DNA of 64,000 bases from contig CAJVXN010000002.1 in NCBI GenBank assembly GCA_913009335.1, positions 11,981 through 75,980 on the forward strand. Reading direction: 5' to 3'. Positions 28,108 to 37,448 of this stretch are shown one piece after another. The stretch comes from an uncultured bacterium. Its GTDB lineage: Bacteria > Omnitrophota > Gorgyraeia > Ghiorseimicrobiales > Ghiorseimicrobiaceae. A model generated the notes under the pieces. The model did no database searches. It had not been told where the DNA came from and saw only the letters and a list, made by a program, of their open reading frames with translations. Position 1 is the first letter of the stretch; each line of letters starts with the position of its first letter. A program made the position numbers and the translations under genes.

Positions 28108-28908
28108 CTAATCTACGAAATATATTTCTTTTGTCTTGCCGGTTATTGCGTTAACTCTTATTGCGTGGAATATTCCAGTTCGTTTTTCTTCAAAGCCTAC
28201 TATCCAGTATCCATCTCTTGCGTCATCGCTGGTAAAAAGATAGGTCAGCCCTTTTTTTCTGTAGACTTTTTGTGCTTTGGTATATTTTGCAGCCAGCGTT
28301 TTTGCTTCTTTTTTATTTACTATAATTCTTTGATTTTCTGTTGTAATTTTACCCTTTAATTTTTTAGAATTAGTCAGTTTTTTTTGCAGCTCATTAAAGG
28401 AAAGAATATCAATTTTTATTGTATCGCTTGAACAAATTTCCTTGACGGCTCTTTTTAGTAGGGGCGCGCGGTCGCAATAAGTCAGTCTTATTTTGTATGT
28501 TCCGGATTCTATGAAAGGTTCAAGTCCTGCGCTGTTTTCATTCTCCAGGCCTTTCGGTTTTATGTCTAAGGCAAAAAATTCTATTTCCTCAGCAGGCAAA
28601 ACAGCAGAATAGTCCGTTGGTGCAAACGGTCCCCTGTCATCGACAAGTTCGAGTTCATTATCGCTTGGTGTTGTAACGGTTAATGTTGTGTTAAGAAAAG
28701 GGCGTAGGGTTTGAATGTAGGCGACATTTGATCCAAGGTTTATAACGAAACCCCTCAGAGTTATTGTTTCACCTATTGCATATGTTCGCTTGTCAGTTTC
28801 AATCCTAAATCTTACAAGTGGTCTTGTTTCCTTTGCCGGAGCAATAGAACTAAAACTTAAAAGTCCGAATATCGCTATAAGGGCATATAAGATTATTTTT
28901 TTTATCAT
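28108..28908 (-). CDS. Secreted hypothetical protein (Ig-like N domain, PepSY-like C-terminus)
   Basis: Signal peptide; TDKRTYAIGETITL..GTYKIRLTY beta-sandwich pattern; C-terminal W.V......I.VNAITG. Confidence 0.6.
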   Translation of the reverse strand: MIKKIILYALIAIFGLLSFSSIAPAKETRPLVRFRIETDKRTYAIGETITLRGFVINLGSNVAYIQTLRPFLNTTLTVTTPSDNELELVDDRGPFAPTDYSAVLPAEEIEFFALDIKPKGLENENSAGLEPFIESGTYKIRLTYCDRAPLLKRAVKEICSSDTIKIDILSFNELQKKLTNSKKLKGKITTENQRIIVNKKEAKTLAAKYTKAQKVYRKKGLTYLFTSDDARDGYWIVGFEEKRTGIFHAIRVNAITGKTKEIYFVD

Positions 28909-28945
28909 ATTTTCTCCTGCGCAATTACCTCTTTATATGTAAGAT

Positions 28946-29030
28946 ATTATACCACTGAAATTTTAAAAATGTAAATAATTTATTGATAAAGTAGTGTCAA
29001 GATAATTGTACGCTTTTGTATTTAGGTCCT
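28946..29030 (-). promoter_or_regulatory. Duplicated promoter-containing segment (copy of 30366-30452)
   Basis: Minus strand TTTACA-18 bp-TATAAT; shares TGTAAATA.TTTATTG..AGTAGTG.CAAGATAATT with the 30.4 kb copy. Confidence 0.6.
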
Positions 29031-29244
29031 TTGAAAATTGTTATATGTTCCGTATAACTTTTGGTTGAAGTTTAACTTCAACCAAAGCGCAATTTATTTT
29101 ACATTATAGTATAAATAGCTAATGGTAAGTGTTTGAGGGGGTTGATAAGTGATTTCTATTTATTTTAGGTTAGATGCGCGCGGGTGTTAAGTGCGCAGCC
29201 TGGCGAAGCGTATAATCGCCAGACTGCAAGGAATTTTTAAAATA

Positions 29245-29457
29245 TTATTTAACAGGTGCTGTATCTTGAGCAGGAATCGGGCATAGTCTTTTTGATGTAG
29301 AGCCTACCATGCCCTTCTTGCTTTTGTGGCAATATTTTTCTTTATTGATATGCATGCAAGTCGCTGCAAGAATTAATGTTAGCGCAATGATTGTAAGTAA
29401 AATGTTAGTACATTTCAGTGAGCCGAGTATTCCTGCTGTTGGTTCTTGATTCGCCAT
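29245..29457 (-). CDS. Small single-TM hypothetical protein
   Basis: SD AGGGGGAA; one hydrophobic helix; Cys/His-containing tail. Confidence 0.55.
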   Translation of the reverse strand: MANQEPTAGILGSLKCTNILLTIIALTLILAATCMHINKEKYCHKSKKGMVGSTSKRLCPIPAQDTAPVK

Positions 29458-29564
29458 TTCTTCCCCCTATGTTTATGATGTTCTTATTCTACTACTATTT
29501 TTTTAATATTGCAAGTACCATTCATTTTAATAGCTATAACCACTGAGGTTTGTATCGCCAATTG

Positions 29565-29659
29565 TCTGTCCCTTGCCTAAGCGCTTGGAAATTCTTTTCG
29601 CTTCGCTCAATAATTTTCTACGCAGGCTTCGGGATGATTTTTAATAAAGCAAAAAATCA
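29565..29659. repeat. 95-bp structured direct repeat (family C) copy 1
   Basis: Near-identical to 30514-30608 (TCTGTCCCTTGCCTAAGCGCTTGGAAATT...GCAGGCTTCGGGATGATTTTT...AAAAATCA). Confidence 0.9.
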
Positions 29660-29674
29660 TATGAGCCGAAAAAA

Positions 29675-29839
29675 CTACATTGATTCTTTTCTTAATTTCC
29701 GTTTTATTGAAACATCGCGCTTCGATGAACATTTAGAGACGAATTCACTCATCTGGCGCAGCCATTCTAATTTTTTCTTTGCCGGTATGCTCATTAGGCG
29801 TAAAGTGCGTTCTTTATCATTCTCCCATTTAAATATCAT
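29675..29839 (-). CDS. 54-aa basic protein translationally coupled to the nucleotidyltransferase (putative partner); not in ORF track
   Basis: ATGA overlap; MIFKWENDKERTLRLMSIPAKKKLEWLRQMSEFVSKCSSKRDVSIKRKLRKESM*. Confidence 0.65.
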   Translation of the reverse strand: MIFKWENDKERTLRLMSIPAKKKLEWLRQMSEFVSKCSSKRDVSIKRKLRKESM

Positions 29840-30330
29840 TTCTTTTTTCTCAAGCTCTTTATTCTTTTTAGTTCCTCAATATCAAATTTATCCACTGCGC
29901 GCGCGGATTTCCTCTTCATTTTTAGTAAGTTGTCTATAGAGATAACGGGTAGGGAAATGTTTCCTGCTTTAATATGCAAGGCAGTTTTTCTGGCTTTCTC
30001 AAAAGATATTGGAGAGTCGATAATCAAATCAACTTCTTTCAACACGTCTTTATAAAAATTAAACGCTTTCATATGCTTATTGCTGATCCAATCTTTCCTT
30101 ATTTTTTTATCGGCTAGCCCCAGGGGATCAATCGGCTGTTTTACGTAATAACCGCATTTTTTTAAAATCTTCACAACTTTTTTAAGATTATCATCGCTCA
30201 TTTCAACCAGTATATCTAAATCAGCAGTGCTTCTTAATGAGCCCAGAAGATTAACGGCAATACCGCCGACAATCACATATTTTACTTTATCTTTTTGAAA
30301 TGCCCGTAAAATTTCTTCGTAAATAATCAT
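29836..30330 (-). CDS. Nucleotidyltransferase-fold protein (possible TA-type)
   Basis: VIVGGIAV..G..R.TADLDI, ISI.NL..MK...R..D..DI..L. Confidence 0.8.
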   Translation of the reverse strand: MIIYEEILRAFQKDKVKYVIVGGIAVNLLGSLRSTADLDILVEMSDDNLKKVVKILKKCGYYVKQPIDPLGLADKKIRKDWISNKHMKAFNFYKDVLKEVDLIIDSPISFEKARKTALHIKAGNISLPVISIDNLLKMKRKSARAVDKFDIEELKRIKSLRKKK

Positions 30331-30513
30331 TTGTCCATTGTTTTTGTATTTGATTAATTTGCATTATTATAGCAGAGATGATTTAGGCTTGTAAATAGTT
30401 TATTGGTGGGAGTAGTGCCAAGATAATTATATGCCTTTTGTGTTTAAGTACTGTTGAGGCTAAGCCTCAACAAGCGTTAACTCATATTTTAATAGCCATA
30501 GACCATTATTTTA

Positions 30514-30608
30514 TCTGTCCCTTGCCTAAGCGCTTGGAAATTCTTTTCACTTCGCTTAACAATTTCCCGCGCAGGCTTCGGGATGATTTTTGGTAAAGCC
30601 AAAAATCA
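30514..30608. repeat. 95-bp structured direct repeat (family C) copy 2, abutting the tRNA-Met 3' end
   Basis: Matches 29565-29659; long imperfect hairpin. Confidence 0.9.
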
Positions 30609-30610
30609 AG

Positions 30611-30683
30611 TGACGGCGAATGGACTCGAACCATTGACATAACGGGTATGAGCCGTTTGCTCTACCAACTGAGCTACGCCGCC
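30611..30683 (-). tRNA. tRNA with CAT anticodon (probably elongator Met; Ile2 not excluded)
   Basis: GGCGGCGTAGCTCAGTTGGTAGAGC AAACGG CTCATAC CCGTT..GGTTCGAGTCC..CGCCGTCA. Confidence 0.93.
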
Positions 30684-30689
30684 ATAGTT

Positions 30690-30911
30690 TTATGGAACCA
30701 ATAAAATATTACAAAATTTACCAGCAATAGCGAAAAATCCTACGAGTAATATAATAAAAAGCACTGTAACCAGTAGTATCGCCCTTCTATTTATATAAAT
30801 CAATGTGCAAACAATAAGAAGGATCGGTATTCCTATTGTTAAGGTAAAAGGAATATCTAATTGGATCCACCATTCAGGAATTTTAATTAATAGGTTTTGT
30901 AAATATTCCAT
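30690..30911 (-). CDS. Small two-TM hypothetical protein
   Basis: Hydrophobic ORF starting 5 bp after the acsE stop. Confidence 0.5.
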   Translation of the reverse strand: MEYLQNLLIKIPEWWIQLDIPFTLTIGIPILLIVCTLIYINRRAILLVTVLFIILLVGFFAIAGKFCNILLVP

Positions 30912-30916
30912 GGTTT

Positions 30917-31705
30917 TTACTTTTTCTTATACGCGTCCAGGAACGAATCGCAGTATATTTGTTTATTACGGATTAATTCTGCGCTAATTAACGCATCCAT
31001 GAGATCTTTGTCTAATGGATCCAGTATCGCCCCTTCTAACCCTGAGCATTGAGCCATAACGAGGAAAGTACGGTTTATCAGGCTGCGGTTAACTGTTCCC
31101 TGGGAAATATTGCTTAATCCTACTATTGTTTTTGGTGCGGGGTCCGATAAAAGTTTAAATTCGCGTAATGCCTCCAATACTTCTTCTGCTTGAGCCTGTG
31201 CTACGTTTACAGGTAAAACAATGGGATCAAGATAGAGTTTTTCGATGGGGAAATTCTTTTCCTGGCAATATGTTACAATTGTTGCTGCTAGTTCCAGTCT
31301 TTGAAATTTATCTTGAGGTACTCCCTTTTTATTCATGGCAAGGCCGATAAGCGAACTATTATATTTTAGTGCCATAGGTACGAGAATATCTAGTCTTTCA
31401 ACATCGGCACCTGTTGAATTTATAACAGTTTGGTTTTTGGCAATAGATAGTCCGGCTTCAATAACATCAGGTTTTGTACTATCCAGCGCGAGTGTTGTAT
31501 CTACTACCTCCTGAATTGTTTCAACCAGCCATTTTATAGTTTCTTTCGGGTTGGCAGATGCCGGTCCGCAGTTTACATCTAGAGCAGATGCGCCGGCATT
31601 AGTTTGGGCAATTGCTAAATCCTGAATTGGTTTTTTATCTTTTGTTTGTATAGCTGCGCCTACTTTTTTATACATTCCGTTGATCAGTTCGCCTACAATA
31701 AACAT
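30917..31705 (-). CDS. acsE: Methyltetrahydrofolate:corrinoid methyltransferase
   Basis: MFIVGELING, LDVNCG, LDST, INS, LDP, GLSNISQG, AILDP; acs context. Confidence 0.92.
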   Translation of the reverse strand: MFIVGELINGMYKKVGAAIQTKDKKPIQDLAIAQTNAGASALDVNCGPASANPKETIKWLVETIQEVVDTTLALDSTKPDVIEAGLSIAKNQTVINSTGADVERLDILVPMALKYNSSLIGLAMNKKGVPQDKFQRLELAATIVTYCQEKNFPIEKLYLDPIVLPVNVAQAQAEEVLEALREFKLLSDPAPKTIVGLSNISQGTVNRSLINRTFLVMAQCSGLEGAILDPLDKDLMDALISAELIRNKQIYCDSFLDAYKKK

Positions 31706-31718
31706 TTACTCTCTCCTT

Positions 31719-32684
31719 CTATTTTTGTAGTAATTGGTTGATGTTTTCTTTTACTATCTCGATTGATTTTGGATGACGCATTATTAAAATGTCGGCACCT
31801 GCCTGAAGGAACGCAGAAGCAGTAACCGCTTCCCAGAGTATGCCTCGCTCCAGCTCTTTGCCCCATTCTGGGAATTCTGACGCAGATGCCTTTGCTTCTT
31901 TTGCCCTCCATGCTTCTTGTCCGACAAAGCATATAAACGGTTGTGCGAGCATCTTGTCTCCGCCTAAAGCTGCAATACGGCCCCTTTCCATTATTGAATA
32001 GGCATATTCTAATCCGTAACCCAGAGCACCGACGGTAGGGTTTATTATAATGCGGTCTGAGGGTAGGCCCATTTCAGTAATTAAGATATTCAGTTGTTTT
32101 GCGATATTTATATCAATTGGCGATTCGGCAATAATATTGTGTCCGTATGCAAGGCATGCCGCGGTAAGTGTCTTGTAGTTTTTCTGCGCGGCATCACCGA
32201 TTAGGCATTTTTCACCTTTGGTGACCTCGGCGCATTTTGGTAATATTAAATTATCTTTTTCCTCATCGTTAGAACCTAAAATAATCAACGGTATTTTGAC
32301 ATTTGCGATTATATCTTTTACGAGTTTAACAGCATCACTTTCGGATTTATTTCCCGCATCCGGATGTGTACCGGCGAGCCTTAAGGCGATAAGATCGGCT
32401 TTAAATTCTGTTTCGCATTTTTTTGCCCACTCAACGGGGTTAGATAATACATCGCCGTATGGTTTTTTTAAAGTATCCGGCCAGTCAACAGGCTCAATAT
32501 CAAAAACCTCCATAGCGATTACAGGTTTATTGGGCATGTCGGATTCTTCGAATAGGTAAGGTAGCCCATTTTGGCCACCGACCTTAATAGCCCTGTCTCG
32601 CGTTCCCCCTTCTTGGCTTGTTGCGCCGATAGTGATTACATCGATTGCGTTAGGCCATTGTTCTTTGAGTAGCTCTTGCGGCAT
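31719..32684 (-). CDS. acsD: Corrinoid Fe-S protein small subunit
   Basis: TIGAT..EGGTR, SPIDINIAKQLN, ALGYGLEY.YS.MER, MRHP. Confidence 0.95.
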   Translation of the reverse strand: MPQELLKEQWPNAIDVITIGATSQEGGTRDRAIKVGGQNGLPYLFEESDMPNKPVIAMEVFDIEPVDWPDTLKKPYGDVLSNPVEWAKKCETEFKADLIALRLAGTHPDAGNKSESDAVKLVKDIIANVKIPLIILGSNDEEKDNLILPKCAEVTKGEKCLIGDAAQKNYKTLTAACLAYGHNIIAESPIDINIAKQLNILITEMGLPSDRIIINPTVGALGYGLEYAYSIMERGRIAALGGDKMLAQPFICFVGQEAWRAKEAKASASEFPEWGKELERGILWEAVTASAFLQAGADILIMRHPKSIEIVKENINQLLQK

Positions 32685-32728
32685 GTTTCCTCCTTAGGGT
32701 CATAATAATTATTATTTTAGACTCTTCC

Positions 32729-33514
32729 CTAAAATGTATTGGGAAGGCCTACCCTGCTGGGTATATGTTTTTTCATTATGTTGAATGTAGATTTCAACGC
32801 CTCTGATTCATTGCTTAAATCCATGATTGCGCGGTTATTAGTTGCGTATTCTAAAATTTGCGTATCATGAGGTACCAATTCAATTCCTTCATTTGATATA
32901 TCACTAAAATGTTTTATAAGATCGTTTTTATCTGTGCTTTCTGTAACACGGTTAATTATAAAAACGTATTTTTTGATGTCTATGTTTAATTCTTTAATCA
33001 ATGAGTATATTCTTTTGGCAGAATTTATGCCTACGCCTGTCGCATCAGAGATAATAAACATGCAATCGGCACGCCTTGTTGTGCGGCGGGATAAATGCTC
33101 AAGGCCGGCTTCGTTATCAATAACTACAAAGTCGTAATCCCCGGAAATCTTCTGAATAATACCTCGTAAGACATTGTTGGCATAGCAGTAGCATCCCGGT
33201 CCCTCCGGTCTGCCCATTGATAATAGATCCAGGCCTATAGATTCTTCAATTGCAGATTGCACCCGATATTCTATGTATCGGTTTTTTGTCATTCCCGCGG
33301 GAATCTTATCGATGTTTTTGGCGATTTCATCAATGATTGCGCCAATATTCTCAGATGCGCTTATACCTAAGACATCTCCCAGGTTGCTGTTAGGGTCGGC
33401 ATCAATAGCTAAAACAGAGCCCTTATTTTTTTCTCGCAGGAAACGCACCATAAGTGAGGAGATGGTTGTTTTTCCTGTTCCGCCCTTTCCGGCGATAGCA
33501 ATTGTGCAGCTCAT
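32729..33514 (-). CDS. cooC: CooC/AcsF nickel-insertion ATPase
   Basis: GKGGTGKTT, DADPN.NL, MGRPEGPGCYC, DNEAGLEH.SR. Confidence 0.92.
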   Translation of the reverse strand: MSCTIAIAGKGGTGKTTISSLMVRFLREKNKGSVLAIDADPNSNLGDVLGISASENIGAIIDEIAKNIDKIPAGMTKNRYIEYRVQSAIEESIGLDLLSMGRPEGPGCYCYANNVLRGIIQKISGDYDFVVIDNEAGLEHLSRRTTRRADCMFIISDATGVGINSAKRIYSLIKELNIDIKKYVFIINRVTESTDKNDLIKHFSDISNEGIELVPHDTQILEYATNNRAIMDLSNESEALKSTFNIMKKHIPSRVGLPNTF

Positions 33515-35418
33515 AGTTTTATGTTTGCGAATCTGTTAGCATCGGTATGCGGAAAGAATAATGCTGCTACATACTCATCCATATATTTTGGATCTGTGGA
33601 TAATTCAAAATAAGTGATTTTTTTGGCAATTTCTTCTGCTTTTCTCGCTGCATCGCTGGAAAGCATTATTTCTCTTGCGCCTAATAGTGAACTGTTGCCC
33701 ACAAATTTAAATTTACTACGCTCGATATCCGGAAGCAGGCCGATTGTTATCGCATTTTCCATATCGAGGTAATTTCCAAACCCTCCGGCAATAAATACCT
33801 TTTTTATATCGGAAAAATTAAGCTCCATATGTTTTACCAATATGGCTGCGGCAGAATATATTGCTCCTTTTGCCCGCTTGATATTATCTATATCCACATC
33901 ATTTATGTAAATATTATCATCAACAACAAACTCTTTACCTAATTTTCCTACGCGTATATGTTTATTTTCTATATCTTTTATCTTTCCGCTTTTATCAATT
34001 ATGCCGGCTCTTAGCATTTCAGCGATTAAGTCGATATATCCGGAACCGCATATTCCAGCACTTTTAGAATTCAAAATTGTCGTTACATCGGATTCATAAG
34101 TCGATTTATTAATTTTTACGCGTTGTATCGCGCCTTCTCTCGCGCGCATGCCGCATGACACGCCCGAACCTTCAAACGCGGGGCCCGCGGACGCAGCGCA
34201 TGATATCATCCATTCGCGGTTTCCTAAAACAATCTCACCGTTTGTACCTATGTCAATTAAGAGGCATAGGTCTTTTTCTGTATCCATTCCGCAGGCAAGT
34301 ACACCTGCGGTTATGTCTCCTCCGACGTAACTTGATATACCCGGAACGCAGCCTAATAGTCCCCGGGGATTAATTTTAATGCCTGCTTCCTGGGAGCGGA
34401 TTACCGGAACAAAATTTGCCGTAGGCACATAAGGGTCACGTCTTATGTATGTGGGATCCACTCGTAATAAAAGATGCGTCATTGTCGTATTACCCGCGCA
34501 TACGCAACATGTAACATTATTTAAATCAATATTATTTTCTTTGATTAAAGCCTGGATCATATCATTCATACCATCAATAACCGCATGGTGCAGGCGCGAC
34601 AAGCCTTCTTCTTTTTGGGCGTATATTATACGGGTAATAATATCATTACCAAAGGTTGCCTGTTGATTAAATGTTGCCTTGGTGCCTAAGATTTGCTTGG
34701 TGTTTAAGTTAACAAGTTGCCCAGAGATTGTAGTTGTTCCGATATCAAAGGCTATTCCGAAATTATTTTTCGATGTATCACCGGGCTCAATTAGAACAAT
34801 TTCCGTAGTATCGTTTCTATTCCCTAAGGTAACCGTAACCTTAAAATCAGATGAGCGTAATAAATTACCCAGATGGCGAATATTAGCCAGGCCGGTTTGC
34901 ATAATTTTTACATCGCGAACCTTACGGATTTGGCGATAGACTCTTTCAAGGTCGCTGATTCTGTCTTGCAGGTTCGGATCGGGCATCTCCAGATAGAGTC
35001 TGGTTGAAAGCGGCGAATGTATAAAGATGTCTTCATTGATAACAGGTTCACTTTTTTCTATTGATTCGGCTTTTGTGTAGACCCCTTTTAGCCTGGATAA
35101 AAATGCTTCTTCATCGCTTAGTTTTGAAAGATCAAGTCGTGATTCAGGGGGAATTTCTATTTCTACGTTAGATAGCGCGGTAGTCAGACAAGCAAGATAA
35201 AGACCTTTTTTGCGTTCTTCGTTGGTTATTCTTCCCGAAGGTAGCGTAGAAACGCTACCCTTTTTTATGATAACTTTGCATCTGCCGCATACGCCGTCTC
35301 CGGTACAGCTCGAGTTTAAGTTAATCCCCAAAGATATAGCAGCAGAAAGCAAAGTTTTTCCTTTGCCGATTTCTATTGTTTTTTTCTCAGGATAAAATGT
35401 AATTTTGAATTTATCCAT
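33511..35418 (-). CDS. acsV: Reductive activator of corrinoid protein (2Fe-2S + ASKHA)
   Basis: C.G.G.CGRC..LAC ferredoxin; DIGTTT, GNTTM, DIGTNGE, AGPAFEG, GICGSG. Confidence 0.92.
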   Translation of the reverse strand: MDKFKITFYPEKKTIEIGKGKTLLSAAISLGINLNSSCTGDGVCGRCKVIIKKGSVSTLPSGRITNEERKKGLYLACLTTALSNVEIEIPPESRLDLSKLSDEEAFLSRLKGVYTKAESIEKSEPVINEDIFIHSPLSTRLYLEMPDPNLQDRISDLERVYRQIRKVRDVKIMQTGLANIRHLGNLLRSSDFKVTVTLGNRNDTTEIVLIEPGDTSKNNFGIAFDIGTTTISGQLVNLNTKQILGTKATFNQQATFGNDIITRIIYAQKEEGLSRLHHAVIDGMNDMIQALIKENNIDLNNVTCCVCAGNTTMTHLLLRVDPTYIRRDPYVPTANFVPVIRSQEAGIKINPRGLLGCVPGISSYVGGDITAGVLACGMDTEKDLCLLIDIGTNGEIVLGNREWMISCAASAGPAFEGSGVSCGMRAREGAIQRVKINKSTYESDVTTILNSKSAGICGSGYIDLIAEMLRAGIIDKSGKIKDIENKHIRVGKLGKEFVVDDNIYINDVDIDNIKRAKGAIYSAAAILVKHMELNFSDIKKVFIAGGFGNYLDMENAITIGLLPDIERSKFKFVGNSSLLGAREIMLSSDAARKAEEIAKKITYFELSTDPKYMDEYVAALFFPHTDANRFANIKL

Positions 35419-35429
35419 TTTTAATTTTG

Positions 35430-36764
35430 TTACGAATTTAAATTTCTTAAGAAGCTAGGGATTCCCGCTGCTTCACGTGGACCAACTATTACCTTGCGTC
35501 CTGATTTTTCCTCTAAATCCCCACTCATAACAGCAACATATCCGGGTATGATTATGTTATTATGACTTACCTTTTTGGGGATTTCAAATTTATTCAAGGA
35601 TTCTGATATTTTATCGGAAGTAAATTTTTCAGCCGCCCAGGCCGTAAGAACAGACATTCCCTCTGTATCTACACTTACAAGATAAGCCGGTACTTTGCTT
35701 GCCTCAAGCTCGCCTAGAACAGTATAAAACGAAAGAGAAAAATTCGTCGTAATTAATACCGGGGAATCACTTGTTACCTGCCCTATGGGGTATGCTTTAG
35801 GCTCTACCTGCAGCGGTTTCTGCGGGTCAGTGTAAATATTCTGGCGTAGGGTTAAAACAGGAAGTATCTGATACGGGTCAAATCCCTCCAGCAATACTAT
35901 GCCCGTATATTTGAGTATGTAAATACAGGCTTCAATTACTTGTTCGTAGGTGTCGTTATTTTTTATGATTGTTAATGTGGGATAGCCTAAGGGGCGATAG
36001 TTTTTCTTAAGTGCCAGTCTTCGAATTTGTGTTAGGTCCCAGATTTTTTTATTTAGCGGCTTCTCGGCGGTATCTAGTATAAGGCTGTCTACTCCTTCGG
36101 AGTTTATTGATTTGGTTAATTCCGCGAGTTTTTCTAAGTCCGCGTCTTTAGCTACCAAAGGAATGGAAAGCTCTTTGGCGAGTGCGGCAAATTCTTTATA
36201 GTTTTTGCTGTCTGCAGCATAAATAAGGGGCCGCTTTTTTGCGATTGGAGCAGCAGCAGCTTTTATACTTTGGGCATCATTGGATATCAGCACTAATCCC
36301 AAAGGAGTAGCTTCAGATATTTTTTTAACCGCTGCGGCAAATTTCGCACTATCGGAGGTTTGTTTGACGGCAACCAGATTAATTGATATTTCCTGTCCGA
36401 TGCGTTCAAAGTGCAATTTGTTTATTACGGCCAGTCTATCGGTGATATCTTCATCAGATAGGCTGTCTTGGAGGATTATGCCTACGCCTGTGGGATGAAA
36501 GAATTTCTCCTCATGTCTAAATAATACATTTTCGTTGCCAATTTCTAATTTTTTATCGCCTTCGCCTATGGTGATGAGTTTGATCGGTGGTTGAGCTGAT
36601 GCTTCAAGCGCTGCTTTTCCCTCATCGGTTATTTCCGGGCATTTATCCAGTGCCACTGCTTTTTTTGCAAGCTGCATCGCGAAGGCAAGGCATGTAGGAA
36701 ATCCGCATTTGCGGCAATTTGTTTTAGGTAAACGTTTATAAATGTCTAAACCTGATAAAGCCAT
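35430..36764 (-). CDS. acsC: Corrinoid Fe-S protein large subunit
   Basis: LPKTNC..CGFPTCLAFA, FRHE, LRQNIYTDPQ.P, TTNFSL, G.SVLTAWAA. Confidence 0.96.
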   Translation of the reverse strand: MALSGLDIYKRLPKTNCRKCGFPTCLAFAMQLAKKAVALDKCPEITDEGKAALEASAQPPIKLITIGEGDKKLEIGNENVLFRHEEKFFHPTGVGIILQDSLSDEDITDRLAVINKLHFERIGQEISINLVAVKQTSDSAKFAAAVKKISEATPLGLVLISNDAQSIKAAAAPIAKKRPLIYAADSKNYKEFAALAKELSIPLVAKDADLEKLAELTKSINSEGVDSLILDTAEKPLNKKIWDLTQIRRLALKKNYRPLGYPTLTIIKNNDTYEQVIEACIYILKYTGIVLLEGFDPYQILPVLTLRQNIYTDPQKPLQVEPKAYPIGQVTSDSPVLITTNFSLSFYTVLGELEASKVPAYLVSVDTEGMSVLTAWAAEKFTSDKISESLNKFEIPKKVSHNNIIIPGYVAVMSGDLEEKSGRKVIVGPREAAGIPSFLRNLNS

Positions 36765-36781
36765 CTGAGTTTCCTCCGTTT

Positions 36782-37192
36782 TTAACGTTTGTTACTTAAC
36801 GTAAAAATATCAAGTGGTGTCTTTTTATGCAATATTTTTGCCAAGCGTTCCGAGGCAGAGTGCCCGGTTGTGTTTTTTAGTTGTTTTAATATTTTATCCT
36901 TTAACCGAAGCGTTATTTTTTTATTCGTTTCGCTATTTTTAAAGTTAACGAAAATGCCTTTTGATTTTAAGATTCGTATATTACCTTTTCCCAGCGTGCA
37001 CCCGGTTGAAAGTTGCAGTCCGTCGATAAGGCAGCTTTTCGGTTTCTTGTGTAGTCCGCTTACGCAAAGGCTTAAGCCGAAATACTTTTTTGCGTTTATT
37101 TTTCTTAGTCCGTATTTACCCATCAAGAGCCCTAAAACCAGCCAGGGGCCCAGATGTCCATGAAATCTAATTGCCGAGTTCAAGGAAGTCAT
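36782..37192 (-). CDS. FmdE-family protein
   Basis: FHGHLGP.LVLG, SC.IDG.Q.STGCT.GKGN. Confidence 0.85.
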   Translation of the reverse strand: MTSLNSAIRFHGHLGPWLVLGLLMGKYGLRKINAKKYFGLSLCVSGLHKKPKSCLIDGLQLSTGCTLGKGNIRILKSKGIFVNFKNSETNKKITLRLKDKILKQLKNTTGHSASERLAKILHKKTPLDIFTLSNKR

Positions 37193-37199
37193 TTATTTA

Positions 37200-37448
37200 C
37201 CCCGTTAGAGATAGGTCGTCCTTAGACGACCGTATGTTAAACTAAAACTAACAGATAAACTTACAAGTTCCATAATTATGAATTCATCGTCCATAAGCGC
37301 AAAAGGCATTATCTCTAACGGGGTTTACCCCGTTAGAGATAGTTCGCCCAGGCGAACGTAAACCAAAGTTATATCCAAATAAAACACATCTCTATGTATT
37401 GCGTTACTATAATAAATCATAGCTATATTTTAGCATCTCTAAGCGGGG
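37200..37448. mobile_element. MITE family A copies 5 and 6 in tandem (37200-37323, 37328-37448)
   Basis: TTTA-element-TTTA-element-TTTA; hairpins GGTCGTC-CTTA-GACGACC and GTTCGCC-CA-GGCGAAC. Confidence 0.85.
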
